DNA of 64,000 nt from Candidatus Avimonas narfae (lineage in GTDB: Bacteria > Bacillota > Clostridia > Oscillospirales > Acutalibacteraceae): assembly GCA_904395335.1 (NCBI GenBank), contig CAJFNR010000063.1, positions 31,940 to 95,939 on the forward strand, given 5' to 3'. Shown here piece by piece: positions 1 through 10,950 of the stretch; the first letter of the stretch is position 1; every line of letters starts with the position of its first letter. Made by a program: the position numbers and the translations under genes. The notes under the pieces were generated by a model. That model searched no databases. It saw only the letters and a program-made list of their open reading frames with translations, and was not told the DNA's origin.

Positions 1-1694
1 GGTTCCTGCCCGATGAGCTGGCGGAGATTCGGCTGTACGACCGGAAAAGCAGCCTGTATGCTGCCCTGCGCCGATATGCTATGGATAAAGAACAGGGCGG
101 GCCACTGCAGCAGCGCTGCCGGGAATTTCTGATTCTGCTGGACCGGGCCCGCACCTTGGCGGTGACCATGCCGGCCGACCGGCTGATCTACCGTCTATAT
201 GAGGAGACCGGGCTCACCGCCGCCGCCCGCGCCGGGAGGCATGGCCAGCGGCGGCTGGCCAACCTGCGGTTGCTGCACGACTATGCCCGCCGGTTTGAAC
301 AAGGAGGCTTCCGTGGGTTGTCCTCCTTTGTCCGGTATCTGGACCGGCTGGAACAGCAGGATATGGAACTGGCCCCGGCTGTGACCACGGGAGGAGCGGA
401 TGCGGTGCAGGTCATGAGCATCCATAACTCCAAAGGATTGGAATTTCCCGTGGTGTTTCTGGCCGGTCTGGGCGGCCAGTTTAACGACGAATCCACCCGG
501 GGCGACCTGCTGCTCCACCCCGAGGCCGGGGCAGGCATGGTCCGCCGGGAACCGGATACGGGTAAGCAGTATAACACGCTGCCCCGACAGGGGGTGGCCC
601 TGTCCATCCGGCGGAGCGAACGGGCGGAAGAGCTGCGCGTGCTGTATGTGGCTATGACCAGGGCCAAGGAGAAGCTATGCCTGGTTATGACCCGGAAGGA
701 TCCCGTGGCGGATCTGACCCGGCTGGCGGCTTCCATCGATGGGGACGGCCCGCTTCCGGAGCGGATGGTGCTTGCCTGCCGCAGCATGGGAGACTGGTTG
801 CTGGCGGCGGCGCTGCGCCATCCTTCTGGCGGTCAGCTCCGCTCCCTGGCCGGGGCGGAGGATCTGCCACTGTTCCGCATGCCCGCAGGCGGCGGGGATG
901 TGGTTCCTTGGGATATCCGGGTGCTCCGTTCACCCGCGCCGGAGGAAGCAGGGGAGGAGGAACGGCTTCCGGCCCTGCCCGATCCGGTGCTGGTGAAGAC
1001 ACTGCGGGAACGGCTCCGATGGAGCTATCCCCATCAGGCGCTGACCCGCATCCCGTCCAAGCTGGCGGCGTCCGAGCTGTCCCGGGGCGAGACGGACAGC
1101 GCCTACATGGCGGTGCGCCGTCCCGCCTTCCTCAGCGAGAGTGGGCTGACCCCGGCGGAGCGGGGCACGGCCCTGCACACCTTTATGCAGTTCGCCCGTT
1201 ACGATGCGGCGGCGGACTCGCCGGAGGGGGAACGGAACCGGCTGGTGCGGGAGGGCTTCCTTACCGTTCAGCAGGGAGAGGCGCTTCCCTTCGCCAAAAT
1301 CCGGGCCTTTTTTGGCGGGAGCCTGTACCGCCGGATGGAGGGGGCTTCCCGCCTGTGGAGGGAGGTGCCCTTTACTGTGGCGGTGTCCCCGCATCTTCTC
1401 ACCGATGAGGCGGAGGAGCTGGAAGGCGAAAGCGTCATTGTCCAAGGGATCGCGGACTGCGTGTTTGAAGAGGACGGACAGCTGGTCATCGTGGATTACA
1501 AGACCGACCGGGTGAAAACCGGAGAGGAACTGGTGGGCCGCTACCGGGATCAGCTGGGGATTTACGCCTATGCCCTGGCTCAAACACTGGGCCTTCCGGT
1601 CAGGGAATGCCTGCTGTATTCCTTTGCCCTGTCCCGGACAGTGCCGGTTCCCCCGGCCGCCTTTGAAGGGAATGGGCTGGATGCCGGGGTGTGA
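1..1694 (+). CDS. addA: ATP-dependent helicase/nuclease subunit A (AddA/RexA-type), C-terminal part; 5' end lies outside the window
   Basis: The ORF is open from the window edge (the track shows 81..1694). It contains a UvrD-type helicase C-terminal motif (VMSIHNSKGLEFPVVFLAGL) and a C-terminal PD-(D/E)XK nuclease motif (GIADCVFEEDGQLVIVDYKTD). Confidence 0.8.
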   Translation, partial: FLPDELAEIRLYDRKSSLYAALRRYAMDKEQGGPLQQRCREFLILLDRARTLAVTMPADRLIYRLYEETGLTAAARAGRHGQRRLANLRLLHDYARRFEQGGFRGLSSFVRYLDRLEQQDMELAPAVTTGGADAVQVMSIHNSKGLEFPVVFLAGLGGQFNDESTRGDLLLHPEAGAGMVRREPDTGKQYNTLPRQGVALSIRRSERAEELRVLYVAMTRAKEKLCLVMTRKDPVADLTRLAASIDGDGPLPERMVLACRSMGDWLLAAALRHPSGGQLRSLAGAEDLPLFRMPAGGGDVVPWDIRVLRSPAPEEAGEEERLPALPDPVLVKTLRERLRWSYPHQALTRIPSKLAASELSRGETDSAYMAVRRPAFLSESGLTPAERGTALHTFMQFARYDAAADSPEGERNRLVREGFLTVQQGEALPFAKIRAFFGGSLYRRMEGASRLWREVPFTVAVSPHLLTDEAEELEGESVIVQGIADCVFEEDGQLVIVDYKTDRVKTGEELVGRYRDQLGIYAYALAQTLGLPVRECLLYSFALSRTVPVPPAAFEGNGLDAGV

Positions 1695-2028
1695 CTTACA
1701 CCGTGAATAGAAGAGAAAGTATACCGTGAACACACAGTGTGGGATCACAGCTTCATCGCCCCTCAAGGGGATGTGCTGTCCTGCGGACAGGTGGCTTCGG
1801 AATGGGGACTGATCTGGTGAAAACCAGAGGAGGCGGCTTTTTCCCTCATTCCCTCAGGAAAAGACTGCTCAGATTCTGAGAGATCTAAGCCCTATTTCAT
1901 CTCAAGGGGGATGGCTTTTCGTATTCGGGGCCTTGTGCAATACCGTGCGGTATGATAAAATAACAAAATATCGCCGGCTGAAAATGTCCGGCGGTGCAGA
2001 TGAGGAAAAGAAACGGGAGTGAAGCACC
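1695..2028 (+). promoter_or_regulatory. About 330-nt untranslated leader of valS; possible T-box-type attenuator (unverified)
   Basis: This is a long ORF-free leader upstream of an aminoacyl-tRNA synthetase gene. It has a hairpin (CGCCGGC..GCCGGCG near 1968-1992) and a GGTGaaaACCAG segment vaguely resembling the T-box core. The canonical AGGGUGGNACCGCG sequence is not clearly present. Confidence 0.25.
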
Positions 2029-4647
2029 ATGGCGGAGAAAAAACAGCTGGCCAAGGCGTATGAGCCGGGCGAGGTGGAGGATCGGATCTATCAGTTCTGG
2101 CTGGATGGGAACTATTTCCATGCCGAGGTCAATCCGGAGAAAAAGCCCTACACCATCGTTATCCCGCCTCCCAACATCACGGGACAGCTGCACATGGGCC
2201 ACGCCCTGGACGAAACGCTGCAGGACATTCTGATCCGCTGGCGCCGCATGCAGGGGTATGAGACGTTGTGGATGCCCGGCACTGACCACGCCTCCATCGC
2301 CACCGAAGCGAAAATCGTGGCGGCCATGGCCGAGGAGGGCCTTACCAAGGAGGACCTGGGCCGGGAGGGCTTTTTGGAACGCGCCTGGAAGTGGAAGGAG
2401 ACCTACGGCGGGCGTATCGTGCAGCAGCTGAAAAAGCTGGGTTCCTCCTGCGACTGGGAACGGGAGCGCTTCACCCTGGACGAGGGCTGCTCCAAAGCGG
2501 TGCGCGAGGTATTCGTACGCCTGTATGAAAAGGGGCTGATTTACCGCGGGGAGCGCATCATCAACTGGTGCCCCCACTGCCGCACCTCCATCTCCGACGC
2601 AGAGGTGGAATTTGAGGAAAAGGACGCCGCTTTCTATCACCTGCGCTATCCCTTCGCCGACGGCAGCGGCTGGCTGGAACTGGCTACCACCCGGCCGGAG
2701 ACCATGCTGGGTGACACCGCTGTGGCGGTACATCCCGACGACGAACGGTACAAAGCGCTGGTGGGCAAAAATCTGATCCTGCCCTTAGTGGGGCGGGAGA
2801 TCCCCGTGGTGGCCGACACCTATGTGGAACCGGACTTCGGCACCGGCGTGGTGAAGATCACCCCCGCCCACGACCCCAACGACTTTGAGGTGGGGCTGCG
2901 CCATAACCTGCCGGTGATCACCGTCACCGACGAGGGTGGCGTGATGAACGAACAAGCGGGCAAATATCAGGGCATGACCATCATGGAATGCCGCAAGGCC
3001 ATCGTCAAGGAATTGGAGGAACAGGGGTATCTGCTGAAGATTGAGCCCATGAAGCACAACGTGGGCACCTGCTACCGCTGCCACACCGTTATCGAGCCCC
3101 GGGTATCTCTCCAGTGGTTCGTGAAGATGGGCCCGCTGGCCGGTCCGGCGATTGAGGCGGTGCGCTCCGGGGACACCCGCATCGTGCCCGAGCGGTTTGA
3201 AAAGACTTATTTCCATTGGATGGAGAACGTCAAGGATTGGTGCATTTCCCGCCAGCTGTGGTGGGGGCACCGCATTCCGGCCTGGTACTGCGCGGACTGT
3301 GGCCAGGTGATTGTGGAGCGGGAGGACCCGTCCGTCTGCCCGAAGTGCGGCGGCACCCACCTCCATCAGGACGAGGACACGCTGGACACCTGGTTCTCCT
3401 CCGCGCTGTGGCCCTTCTCGACCCTGGGTTGGCCGGATAAGACGCCGGAGCTGGACTATTTCTATCCCACCGACACCCTGGTGACGGGCTACGACATCAT
3501 CTTTTTCTGGGTGGCCCGCATGATTTTCTCCGGATTGGAGCACATGGGGAAGACCCCCTTTAAGACCGTATTCATGCACGGCCTGGTGCGGGATGCTCAG
3601 GGGCGCAAGATGTCCAAATCCCTGGGTAACGGCATCGACCCGCTGGAGGTGATCGGGCAGTACGGCGCCGACGCGCTGCGCTTTGCCCTGGTGACGGGCA
3701 ACAGCCCAGGCAACGATATGCGCTTCACCGACGAGAAGGTGGAGTCTGCCCGGAATTTCGCCAACAAGCTGTGGAACGCCGCCCGGTTCATCCTGATGAA
3801 CATCGGCGATAGCGAGGTGCCGCTGTGCCTGCCGGATACCCTGACGCTGGAGGACAAGTGGATTCTTTCCCGTTTTAACGACCTTACGCGGGCCGTGACC
3901 GAGAATCTGGAGAAATACGAGCTGGGCATCGCCATCCAGAAGCTGTACGATTTCACCTGGGACAGCTTCTGCGACTGGTATATCGAACTGAGCAAGTCCC
4001 GCCTGCAGGGCGAAGGCGCCGGGGCGGCCCGTCAGGTGCTGACCTTCGTGATGACCGGCATCCTTCGGCTGCTACATCCCTTCATGCCCTTTGTCACCGA
4101 GGAAATCTGGCAGTCCCTTCCCCATGAGGGCGAGGCACTGATGATCGCGGCCTGGCCGCAGTACGACGCGTCGCTGAGCTTCCCGGAGGAAGAGCGGGAG
4201 ATGGAGCGGGTGATGGAAGCCATCCGCGGCATCCGCAACCGCCGGGCGGAGATGAACGTGCCGCCCTCCCGAAAGGCTCAGGTGTATGTGGAGACAGCCT
4301 TTGCCGATGCCTTTGTCCACGGGGCGCCCTTCATTCAGCGCCTGGCCTCTGCCTCCGAGGTGAAGGTAGGTGAGCGGTTCGACCTTCCCGGTGCGGTGAG
4401 CATCGTCACCCCCGACGCCACGGTGAAGATCCCCATGGCCGAACTGGTGGACCTGGAGGCGGAACGCGCCCGTCTGACGAAGGAGAAGGCGGCGGTTCAA
4501 AAGCAGCTGGACAGCGCTCGGGCCCGGCTGAACAACGAGGCCTTTACCTCCAAGGCGCCGGCCAACGTGGTGCAGACCGCCCGGGACAATGCCGCCCGGC
4601 TGGAGGAGAAGCTCCGCCTGCTGGACGAGAGCTTGCGGCAGCTGTAG
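2029..4647 (+). CDS. valS: valine--tRNA ligase
   Basis: 872 aa with the HIGH-region motif [14 protein letters not shown], the KMSKS motif, and the C-terminal coiled-coil typical of ValRS. Confidence 0.95.
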   Translation: MAEKKQLAKAYEPGEVEDRIYQFWLDGNYFHAEVNPEKKPYTIVIPPPNITGQLHMGHALDETLQDILIRWRRMQGYETLWMPGTDHASIATEAKIVAAMAEEGLTKEDLGREGFLERAWKWKETYGGRIVQQLKKLGSSCDWERERFTLDEGCSKAVREVFVRLYEKGLIYRGERIINWCPHCRTSISDAEVEFEEKDAAFYHLRYPFADGSGWLELATTRPETMLGDTAVAVHPDDERYKALVGKNLILPLVGREIPVVADTYVEPDFGTGVVKITPAHDPNDFEVGLRHNLPVITVTDEGGVMNEQAGKYQGMTIMECRKAIVKELEEQGYLLKIEPMKHNVGTCYRCHTVIEPRVSLQWFVKMGPLAGPAIEAVRSGDTRIVPERFEKTYFHWMENVKDWCISRQLWWGHRIPAWYCADCGQVIVEREDPSVCPKCGGTHLHQDEDTLDTWFSSALWPFSTLGWPDKTPELDYFYPTDTLVTGYDIIFFWVARMIFSGLEHMGKTPFKTVFMHGLVRDAQGRKMSKSLGNGIDPLEVIGQYGADALRFALVTGNSPGNDMRFTDEKVESARNFANKLWNAARFILMNIGDSEVPLCLPDTLTLEDKWILSRFNDLTRAVTENLEKYELGIAIQKLYDFTWDSFCDWYIELSKSRLQGEGAGAARQVLTFVMTGILRLLHPFMPFVTEEIWQSLPHEGEALMIAAWPQYDASLSFPEEEREMERVMEAIRGIRNRRAEMNVPPSRKAQVYVETAFADAFVHGAPFIQRLASASEVKVGERFDLPGAVSIVTPDATVKIPMAELVDLEAERARLTKEKAAVQKQLDSARARLNNEAFTSKAPANVVQTARDNAARLEEKLRLLDESLRQL

Positions 4648-4671
4648 CTCTTATCCCAAAAGTTACGATAC

Positions 4672-4702
4672 GCGCCCCGGAAAAGCGCCGCTTTTCCGGG
4701 GC
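4672..4702 (+). terminator. GC-rich hairpin downstream of valS (weak intrinsic terminator; no clean T-run)
   Basis: CGCCCCGGAAAAGCG-ccg-CTTTTCCGGGGCG forms an inverted repeat immediately after the valS stop codon. Confidence 0.4.
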
Positions 4703-4836
4703 GTCCCTGTCCGATTCAGTTCAGGAATAAAACGAATTCCCGGTTCGGGCGTGACATTGGCCCCGATCTGTTGTATGATAGAGGAGACGAACGATTATTC
4801 GGCAGTCTTGACGATAGAAAGGCGTGAAAAGACCCT

Positions 4837-7392
4837 ATGGCGGCAAAGAAAAAGCCGGCGGCGAAAAAGCCTGCTTCCAAATCCCAAGCGGCCTCCCGCA
4901 GTAAGACAGGCAGCCGCCCCGCGCCCAAACGGGAGGAGAACGCGGCCCGTTCCCGCGCCAAGCGGCAGGCGGCGGCGGTGATCCTGTTTGCGGCGGCGGT
5001 GCTGCTGCTGTGCCTGGCGCTGATTCCAGGGGCTAGCCTGTGGGGGATGCTGCACAACCTGATACTGGGTATGTTCGGCCTGTGCGCCTATATCCTGCCG
5101 GTGCTGCTGATCTACATTGCGGTGGCCACGGCGGCGGACAAGCCGGCCGGCAGCGTTGGCTCCAAGCTCTGGCAGTGCGGTGTGCTGATGGTGCTGGGCA
5201 CGGCAGCGGTGCAGGTCTTTTCCGCAGATGTCACAGGGAGCTTTTTCGCCGCCCTGATGGATAGCTACGCCGCCGGAGGCCGTTCCAGCGGCGGCGGGGT
5301 ATTCGGCGCCATGATCGGTTATCCCATGGAATATTTTTTCACCGACATCGGGGCGAAAATTATCCTGCTGCTGCTGATTTTCGTGTTCCTGATGCTGATG
5401 ACGGGCACCACCATCCTGACCCTGTTCCACGCCATCTGGAAGCCGGTGAAGAAGACCAAGGAAACCATTGAAAACGCCATGATCGCCGGGGAGGAGAAGC
5501 GGCAAGCGGCCTCCGACGCGCCCATGATCGACATCGATATGGGCGACGGCTATATGGAGATGCCCCAGCACCCCGTTCAGTCGGAGAAAAACGAGCCGTC
5601 CCCCAAGCTGCAGGCCTTTGCCAAGGCGGCCCGGGAGATGAAGGCGGAAGAGGAAGCGGAAAAGGCGATCCTCATGGGCAAAAAGAAGGAGGAGCCCGCG
5701 CCGGACATCGAGCTGGCGCCGGGCCGGCTGACCCGTCTCGGGGAGGAGCCGTCCAGGGATGGAAAACGCCTCAGCCGAGTGGAGGAGGCGTTGAACTCCC
5801 TGGAGGAGCCGCGGGAGGAAAAAACGCGGGAGGACGCTGTCCCTGTGGACAGCAAAACCGTCATCGATAATCCTTTCGCCTCCGCCGCAGCCTCCCCGGA
5901 GGCGGATGCGGAAGGGAAACATTATCTCTATCCGCCGGTGTCCCTTTTGGATGAGGTGAAGGAGGGCGGACAGGCCGCCTCCCGGAAGGATCAGCAGCAG
6001 ACCGCGGAGCTGCTGGTCAACACCCTGAAGGAATTCGGCGTGCAGACCTCCCTGGTAGGCGTGTCCCACGGACCGTCGGTGACGCGGTATGAACTGCAAC
6101 CCAACGCAGGGGTGAAGATCAGCCGGATCACCGGATTGGCAGACGATATCGCTCTGCGGCTGGCGGCTACGGGGGTGCGCATCGAGGCCCCCATTCCCGG
6201 CAAAGCGGCGGTGGGCATTGAGGTGCCCAACAAGGTGTCCAGCCCGGTGTGTCTGCGGGAGCTGGTGGATTCCCCGGAATTCCGCAGTGCCAAGAGCAAG
6301 CTGACGGTGGCCCTGGGTAAGGATATCAGCGGGCGTATTGTGTTGGCGGATCTGGCGAAGATGCCCCATCTGCTCATCGCGGGCACCACCGGTTCCGGTA
6401 AATCCGTCTGCACCAATTCCATGATCCAAAGCGTGCTGTTCCGGGCCACCCCGGATGAGGTGCGCATTCTGCTCATCGATCCCAAGCAGGTGGAATTCGG
6501 CATCTACAACGGTATCCCCCACCTGCTGGTGCCGGTGGTTACCGATCCCCGCAAGGCGGCGGGCGCCCTGGGCTGGGCGGTGACGGAGATGCTCAACCGC
6601 TATAAGACCTTTGCGGATAATAACGTGCGGGATCTGGAATCCTATAACGAGCTGGCGCGGCGCAGCGATACGCTGAAGCCCATGCCTCTGATCCTCATCG
6701 TCATCGACGAGCTGTCCGACCTGATGATAGCGGCGGCAAACGAGGTGGAGGATGCCATCATCCGGCTGGCTCAGATGGCCCGTGCCGCGGGCATGCACCT
6801 GGTCATCGCCACCCAGCGTCCGTCGGTGGATGTCATCACCGGCCTGATCAAGGCCAACATCCCCAGCCGCTTGGCGCTGACCGTGGCTTCCCAGGTGGAT
6901 TCGCGCACCATCCTGGACGCCGGCGGCGCGGAAAAGCTGTTGGGCCGGGGCGACATGCTCTTTATGCCGGTGGGCGTGAGCAAGCCTATGCGTATCCAGG
7001 GCTGCTTTGTCAGCAACCGGGAGGTGGAGTCGGTGGTGGACTTCCTCAAATCCGGGGGTCAGGAAAGTGCCTATGACGAAGAGGTGGCGGAGAAGATCAA
7101 CGAGCTGGCGGAGAATAGCGGGAAGAACGCCTCCAAGAAGGGGGACGACGACTTTGATGGAGAGGGGGACGACATGCTGCCCCAGGCCATCGAGGTGGTG
7201 GTGGAGGCTGGGCAGGCGTCCACCTCCCTGCTGCAGCGCCGTCTCCGTTTGGGCTATGCCCGGGCGGGCCGTATCATCGACGAGCTGGAGCAGCGCGGGA
7301 TTATCGGCCCCCATGAGGGGAGCAAGCCGCGGCAGGTGCTCATCACCCGTCAGCAGATGATCGAGATGAACCTGAACCAGCCGGAGGAATAA
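4837..7392 (+). CDS. ftsK: DNA translocase FtsK/SpoIIIE
   Basis: It has an N-terminal basic/low-complexity region and transmembrane segments, a Walker A motif (GTTGSGKS), and a C-terminal gamma winged-helix (LLQRRLRLGYARAGRIIDELE). Confidence 0.9.
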   Translation: MAAKKKPAAKKPASKSQAASRSKTGSRPAPKREENAARSRAKRQAAAVILFAAAVLLLCLALIPGASLWGMLHNLILGMFGLCAYILPVLLIYIAVATAADKPAGSVGSKLWQCGVLMVLGTAAVQVFSADVTGSFFAALMDSYAAGGRSSGGGVFGAMIGYPMEYFFTDIGAKIILLLLIFVFLMLMTGTTILTLFHAIWKPVKKTKETIENAMIAGEEKRQAASDAPMIDIDMGDGYMEMPQHPVQSEKNEPSPKLQAFAKAAREMKAEEEAEKAILMGKKKEEPAPDIELAPGRLTRLGEEPSRDGKRLSRVEEALNSLEEPREEKTREDAVPVDSKTVIDNPFASAAASPEADAEGKHYLYPPVSLLDEVKEGGQAASRKDQQQTAELLVNTLKEFGVQTSLVGVSHGPSVTRYELQPNAGVKISRITGLADDIALRLAATGVRIEAPIPGKAAVGIEVPNKVSSPVCLRELVDSPEFRSAKSKLTVALGKDISGRIVLADLAKMPHLLIAGTTGSGKSVCTNSMIQSVLFRATPDEVRILLIDPKQVEFGIYNGIPHLLVPVVTDPRKAAGALGWAVTEMLNRYKTFADNNVRDLESYNELARRSDTLKPMPLILIVIDELSDLMIAAANEVEDAIIRLAQMARAAGMHLVIATQRPSVDVITGLIKANIPSRLALTVASQVDSRTILDAGGAEKLLGRGDMLFMPVGVSKPMRIQGCFVSNREVESVVDFLKSGGQESAYDEEVAEKINELAENSGKNASKKGDDDFDGEGDDMLPQAIEVVVEAGQASTSLLQRRLRLGYARAGRIIDELEQRGIIGPHEGSKPRQVLITRQQMIEMNLNQPEE

Positions 7393-7420
7393 GCTGGTAA
7401 GGAGACCATACGGAAGGACG

Positions 7421-8953
7421 GTGGTCCCCATCGAACAGCGGGAATTACTGGAACAGCGCAGCGCAGGCGTGCTGTTGAACATCTCCTCCTTGCCGGGGCC
7501 TTACGGTGTCGGCGGCTTTGGGGTGGAGGCCCGGGAGTTTGTGGACCGGCTGGCGGCTATGGATTTTTCCCGGTGGCAGGTGTTGCCGCTGGGGCCGCTG
7601 GATGCCGCCGGCTCGCCCTACGCCGGAGACAGCGCCTTTGCAGGAAATTATCTGTACATCGATCCCGGCTTGTTGCTCCGGCAGGGGCTGGTGACGCAGG
7701 AGGAGGAAGCGATCTGCCGGTACGCCGGCAGTCCTTATACCGCGGACTACGCCTTTGCCCGGCGCACCCGGATGCAGCTGCTCCACCGGGCGTATGAGCG
7801 CTCCGGCGCCGCCCTGAGGCGGGAGGCGGAGACGTTTGCCGCCGGGAAGGACTGGCTGACAGCGTACTGTCTTTACCGGGCCATCAAGGAGCGGCAGGAT
7901 GGCCGCCCGTGGTGGGAGTGGCCGGAAGACCGCCGGTACTATAAAGATGCCCAGGCCCTTATGGAAGAGCCGGACATCCGGTATCGGGCGGAATTTTGGC
8001 GCTTTGTCCAGTACCTGTTTTTCCGTCAGTGGGAGGAGCTGCACGGCTATGTCCGGGAAAGAGGAGTGGCCGTCATCGGCGACATGCCCATTTACCTTTC
8101 CCTGGACAGCGCCGACGTGTGGAGCCGACCGGAGCTGTTTCAGCTGGATCCGGAAACCCGCCGGCCCTGCCGGGTGGCGGGGGTTCCACCGGACTATTTT
8201 TCCGCCGAAGGCCAGCTGTGGGGCAATCCCCTGTACAATTGGGAAGCGATGGAGCGGGACGGCTATGCCTGGTGGGTGAGTCGGATCCGGGAGGCGCTTT
8301 CGCTTTACGATATCGTGCGCATCGACCACTTCCGCGCCTTTGCCTCTTACTGGGCGGTACCCGCCGGGGCGGCCTCCGCCCGGGAGGGGCAATGGGAGCC
8401 GGGACCGGGCGCGGGCCTTTTCCGGGCGGTGGAGGCCGTCTGTCCCCATCCCGCCATTTTGGCGGAGGATCTGGGCGTTTTCGGCGAGGATGTGGTCCGG
8501 CTGTTGGAGGAGACGGGGTTCCCCGGGATGCGGGTGATCCAGTTCGGCTTTGATCCCCAGGGGGACAGCACCCATCTGCCCCATCATTATCCGTTGAATG
8601 CCGTGGCCTACACCGGTACTCACGACAACAACACCCTGCTGGGCTGGCTGTGGGAGGCCTCGCCGCAGGAGCGGGCGTTTGCCTTGCGCTACTGCGGTTT
8701 TACCGGTGAGAACTGGGGGGAGGGCGGCTACCACAGTCCTTCCTGCCGGGCCGTCATCGAGACGGTGTGGCGTTCCTCTGCCCGGATGGCGGTGATTCAT
8801 TTTCCGGATCTGTGCGGCTTCGGCAGCGATGCGCGGATGAACATCCCCGGCGTACCTCAGGATAACTGGCGCTTCCGCACCACGGTGGAGACGCTGGATC
8901 AGATCGACGGCGCCTATTACCGGGAGATCAACCGTCTGTACCGGAGAAGCTGA
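7421..8953 (+). CDS. malQ: 4-alpha-glucanotransferase (amylomaltase, GH77)
   Basis: It starts with GTG. The N-terminal LLNISSLPGPYGVGGFG motif and the YTGTHDNNT motif are typical of MalQ/GH77. Confidence 0.9.
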   Translation: MVPIEQRELLEQRSAGVLLNISSLPGPYGVGGFGVEAREFVDRLAAMDFSRWQVLPLGPLDAAGSPYAGDSAFAGNYLYIDPGLLLRQGLVTQEEEAICRYAGSPYTADYAFARRTRMQLLHRAYERSGAALRREAETFAAGKDWLTAYCLYRAIKERQDGRPWWEWPEDRRYYKDAQALMEEPDIRYRAEFWRFVQYLFFRQWEELHGYVRERGVAVIGDMPIYLSLDSADVWSRPELFQLDPETRRPCRVAGVPPDYFSAEGQLWGNPLYNWEAMERDGYAWWVSRIREALSLYDIVRIDHFRAFASYWAVPAGAASAREGQWEPGPGAGLFRAVEAVCPHPAILAEDLGVFGEDVVRLLEETGFPGMRVIQFGFDPQGDSTHLPHHYPLNAVAYTGTHDNNTLLGWLWEASPQERAFALRYCGFTGENWGEGGYHSPSCRAVIETVWRSSARMAVIHFPDLCGFGSDARMNIPGVPQDNWRFRTTVETLDQIDGAYYREINRLYRRS

Positions 8954-8995
8954 CGGCCGCCGCATTCTATTGTAAAAATCATCAGGAGAATCGCT

Positions 8996-10921
8996 ATGCC
9001 TTTTTTGCCTTTGACGAAACAGGAAATGGAGGACCGGGGCTGGGACCGGCCGGACATCGTGGTGGTGACCGGCGACGCCTACGTGGACCATCCCAGCTTT
9101 GGAACCGCCATCATCGGCCGGGTGCTGGAGGACGCCGGTTTTCGGGTCTGTATCCTGTCCCAGCCCCAGCGGGCGGAGGATTTTGCCCGCTTCGGCCGCC
9201 CGCGGCTGGCCTTCTTTGTGGGCAGCGGCAACATCGACTCCATGGTGGCTCACTACACCGCGGCCAAGCGCCGGCGCAGCGATGACGCCTACACGGCGGG
9301 AGGGAAGGCAGGAGCCCGCCCCGACCGGGCCGTGATCGTCTACAGCCGCCAGGCACGGGAGGCTTTCCCCGGCGTACCGGTGGTCATCGGCGGCCTGGAG
9401 GCCTCTTTGCGCCGGTTTGCCCACTACGATTACTGGGATGACCGGGTGCGGCCCTCCATCCTCATGGACAGCGGCGCCGACTTGCTGGTTTTCGGCATGG
9501 GTGAGCGGCAGAACGTGGAAATCGCCCGCCGCCTGGATGCCGGGGAACCGGTGGAGGCCTTAACCGACATCCGGGGTGTGTGCTGGAAGGTGCCGGTGAA
9601 GGACTACCGTCCCGGCCCTTGTGCAGAGTGTCCCTCCTTCGAGCGGGTTCTGGTTCCCGACGAGGCGGGGAAAAAGCAGTACGCGATCTCCTGCCGCATC
9701 CAGCAGGACGAGCACGATGCGGTGCGGGGCAAGACGGTCATCCAGCGCCACGGCGACTGGATGGTGATCCAGAATCCGCCCCAGCCGCCCCTGACCACGG
9801 AAGAATTCGATGCCGTTTACGAGCTGCCCTACATGCGGGAGCCTCATCCTTCCTATGCGGCGCTGGGCGGGGTACCCGGTATCGAGGAGGTGCGCTTTTC
9901 CCTGGTGCACAACCGCGGCTGCTTCGGGGCCTGCAATTTCTGTTCCCTGGCCTATCACCAGGGGCGGCAGATCACGTGCCGCAGCGAGGATTCCGTGGTG
10001 CGGGAAGCGGAGCGGCTTACAAAAATGCCCGGATTCAAGGGGTACATACACGACGTGGGCGGCCCCACCGCCAATTTTCGCCGTCCTTCCTGCCCCGGTC
10101 AGCTGAAGAAGGGGCTGTGCAAGGGGAAAAAGTGCCTGGCGCCCGCCCCCTGTCCGGCCATGAAGGCGGATCACAGCGAATACCTCCACCTGCTCCGGCG
10201 GCTGCGCCGTCTGCCCGGGGTGAAAAAGGTGTTTATTCGTTCCGGTATCCGGTTCGATTACCTGATGGCCGACCCGGATGAGACGTTCTTTAAAGAGCTG
10301 GTGCAGCACCATATCAGCGGCCAGCTTAAGGTGGCGCCGGAACACTGCTCCGCCCCGGTGCTGCAGTGCATGGGGAAACCTCCCATCGAGACGTACAAGC
10401 GCTTTCAGAAGCGGTTCTATGAACTGACCAAAAGCGTAGGGAAAAAGCAATACCTGGTGCCGTACCTCATGTCCTCCCATCCGGGCAGCACTATGAGGGA
10501 CGCCATCAATCTGGCCCTCTTTCTTAAGGAGGAGGGGCTGCACCCGGAGCAGGTGCAGGATTTTTATCCCACCCCGGGTACCATATCCACCTGTATGTTC
10601 TATACCGGGCTGGACCCTTATACCCTGCAGCCGGTCTATGTCCCACGAACGCCGAAGGAAAAAGCGGCGCAGAGGGCTATGCTGCAGTATTTCCGGCCGG
10701 AAAACCATGCGTTGGTGCGCGCGGCCCTGCGCGCGGCGGGGAGGGCGGATCTTATTGGCTCCGGGCCCCGTTGCCTGGTGCCGGCAGAGCCCGGGATGGC
10801 GAAGGGCAGGACGCCCGCTTCCGGTAAGAACAGCGGCCGGAATTCCCATCGGTCGGGCGGAAAGCACGGAAGAGGAGCCCCGGCCCGGGGACAGGGGTCT
10901 CGCCGCGGACGCGGCGTATGA
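8996..10921 (+). CDS. ygiQ: YgiQ-family radical SAM protein (UPF0313)
   Basis: The N-terminus (PFLPLTKQEMEDRGWDRPDIVVVTGDAYVDHPSFG) is characteristic of YgiQ. A CxxxCxxC radical-SAM cysteine cluster is present, together with an Arg/Gly-rich basic C-terminal tail. Confidence 0.85.
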   Translation: MPFLPLTKQEMEDRGWDRPDIVVVTGDAYVDHPSFGTAIIGRVLEDAGFRVCILSQPQRAEDFARFGRPRLAFFVGSGNIDSMVAHYTAAKRRRSDDAYTAGGKAGARPDRAVIVYSRQAREAFPGVPVVIGGLEASLRRFAHYDYWDDRVRPSILMDSGADLLVFGMGERQNVEIARRLDAGEPVEALTDIRGVCWKVPVKDYRPGPCAECPSFERVLVPDEAGKKQYAISCRIQQDEHDAVRGKTVIQRHGDWMVIQNPPQPPLTTEEFDAVYELPYMREPHPSYAALGGVPGIEEVRFSLVHNRGCFGACNFCSLAYHQGRQITCRSEDSVVREAERLTKMPGFKGYIHDVGGPTANFRRPSCPGQLKKGLCKGKKCLAPAPCPAMKADHSEYLHLLRRLRRLPGVKKVFIRSGIRFDYLMADPDETFFKELVQHHISGQLKVAPEHCSAPVLQCMGKPPIETYKRFQKRFYELTKSVGKKQYLVPYLMSSHPGSTMRDAINLALFLKEEGLHPEQVQDFYPTPGTISTCMFYTGLDPYTLQPVYVPRTPKEKAAQRAMLQYFRPENHALVRAALRAAGRADLIGSGPRCLVPAEPGMAKGRTPASGKNSGRNSHRSGGKHGRGAPARGQGSRRGRGV

Positions 10922-10950
10922 GGATTGACGGATAAGAAAGGAGACGGGCA

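Noticed and set aside
4795-7482. 895-aa ORF on the minus strand antisense to ftsK. Similar long antisense ORFs occur at 7445..9424, 9560..10951, 10636..12222, 19078..20082, 22181..23029 and 14364..14960.
   Set aside because: These have Arg/Gly/Pro-rich, low-complexity translations with no motifs, lying opposite well-supported genes. They are typical stop-codon-poor antisense frames of high-GC DNA.
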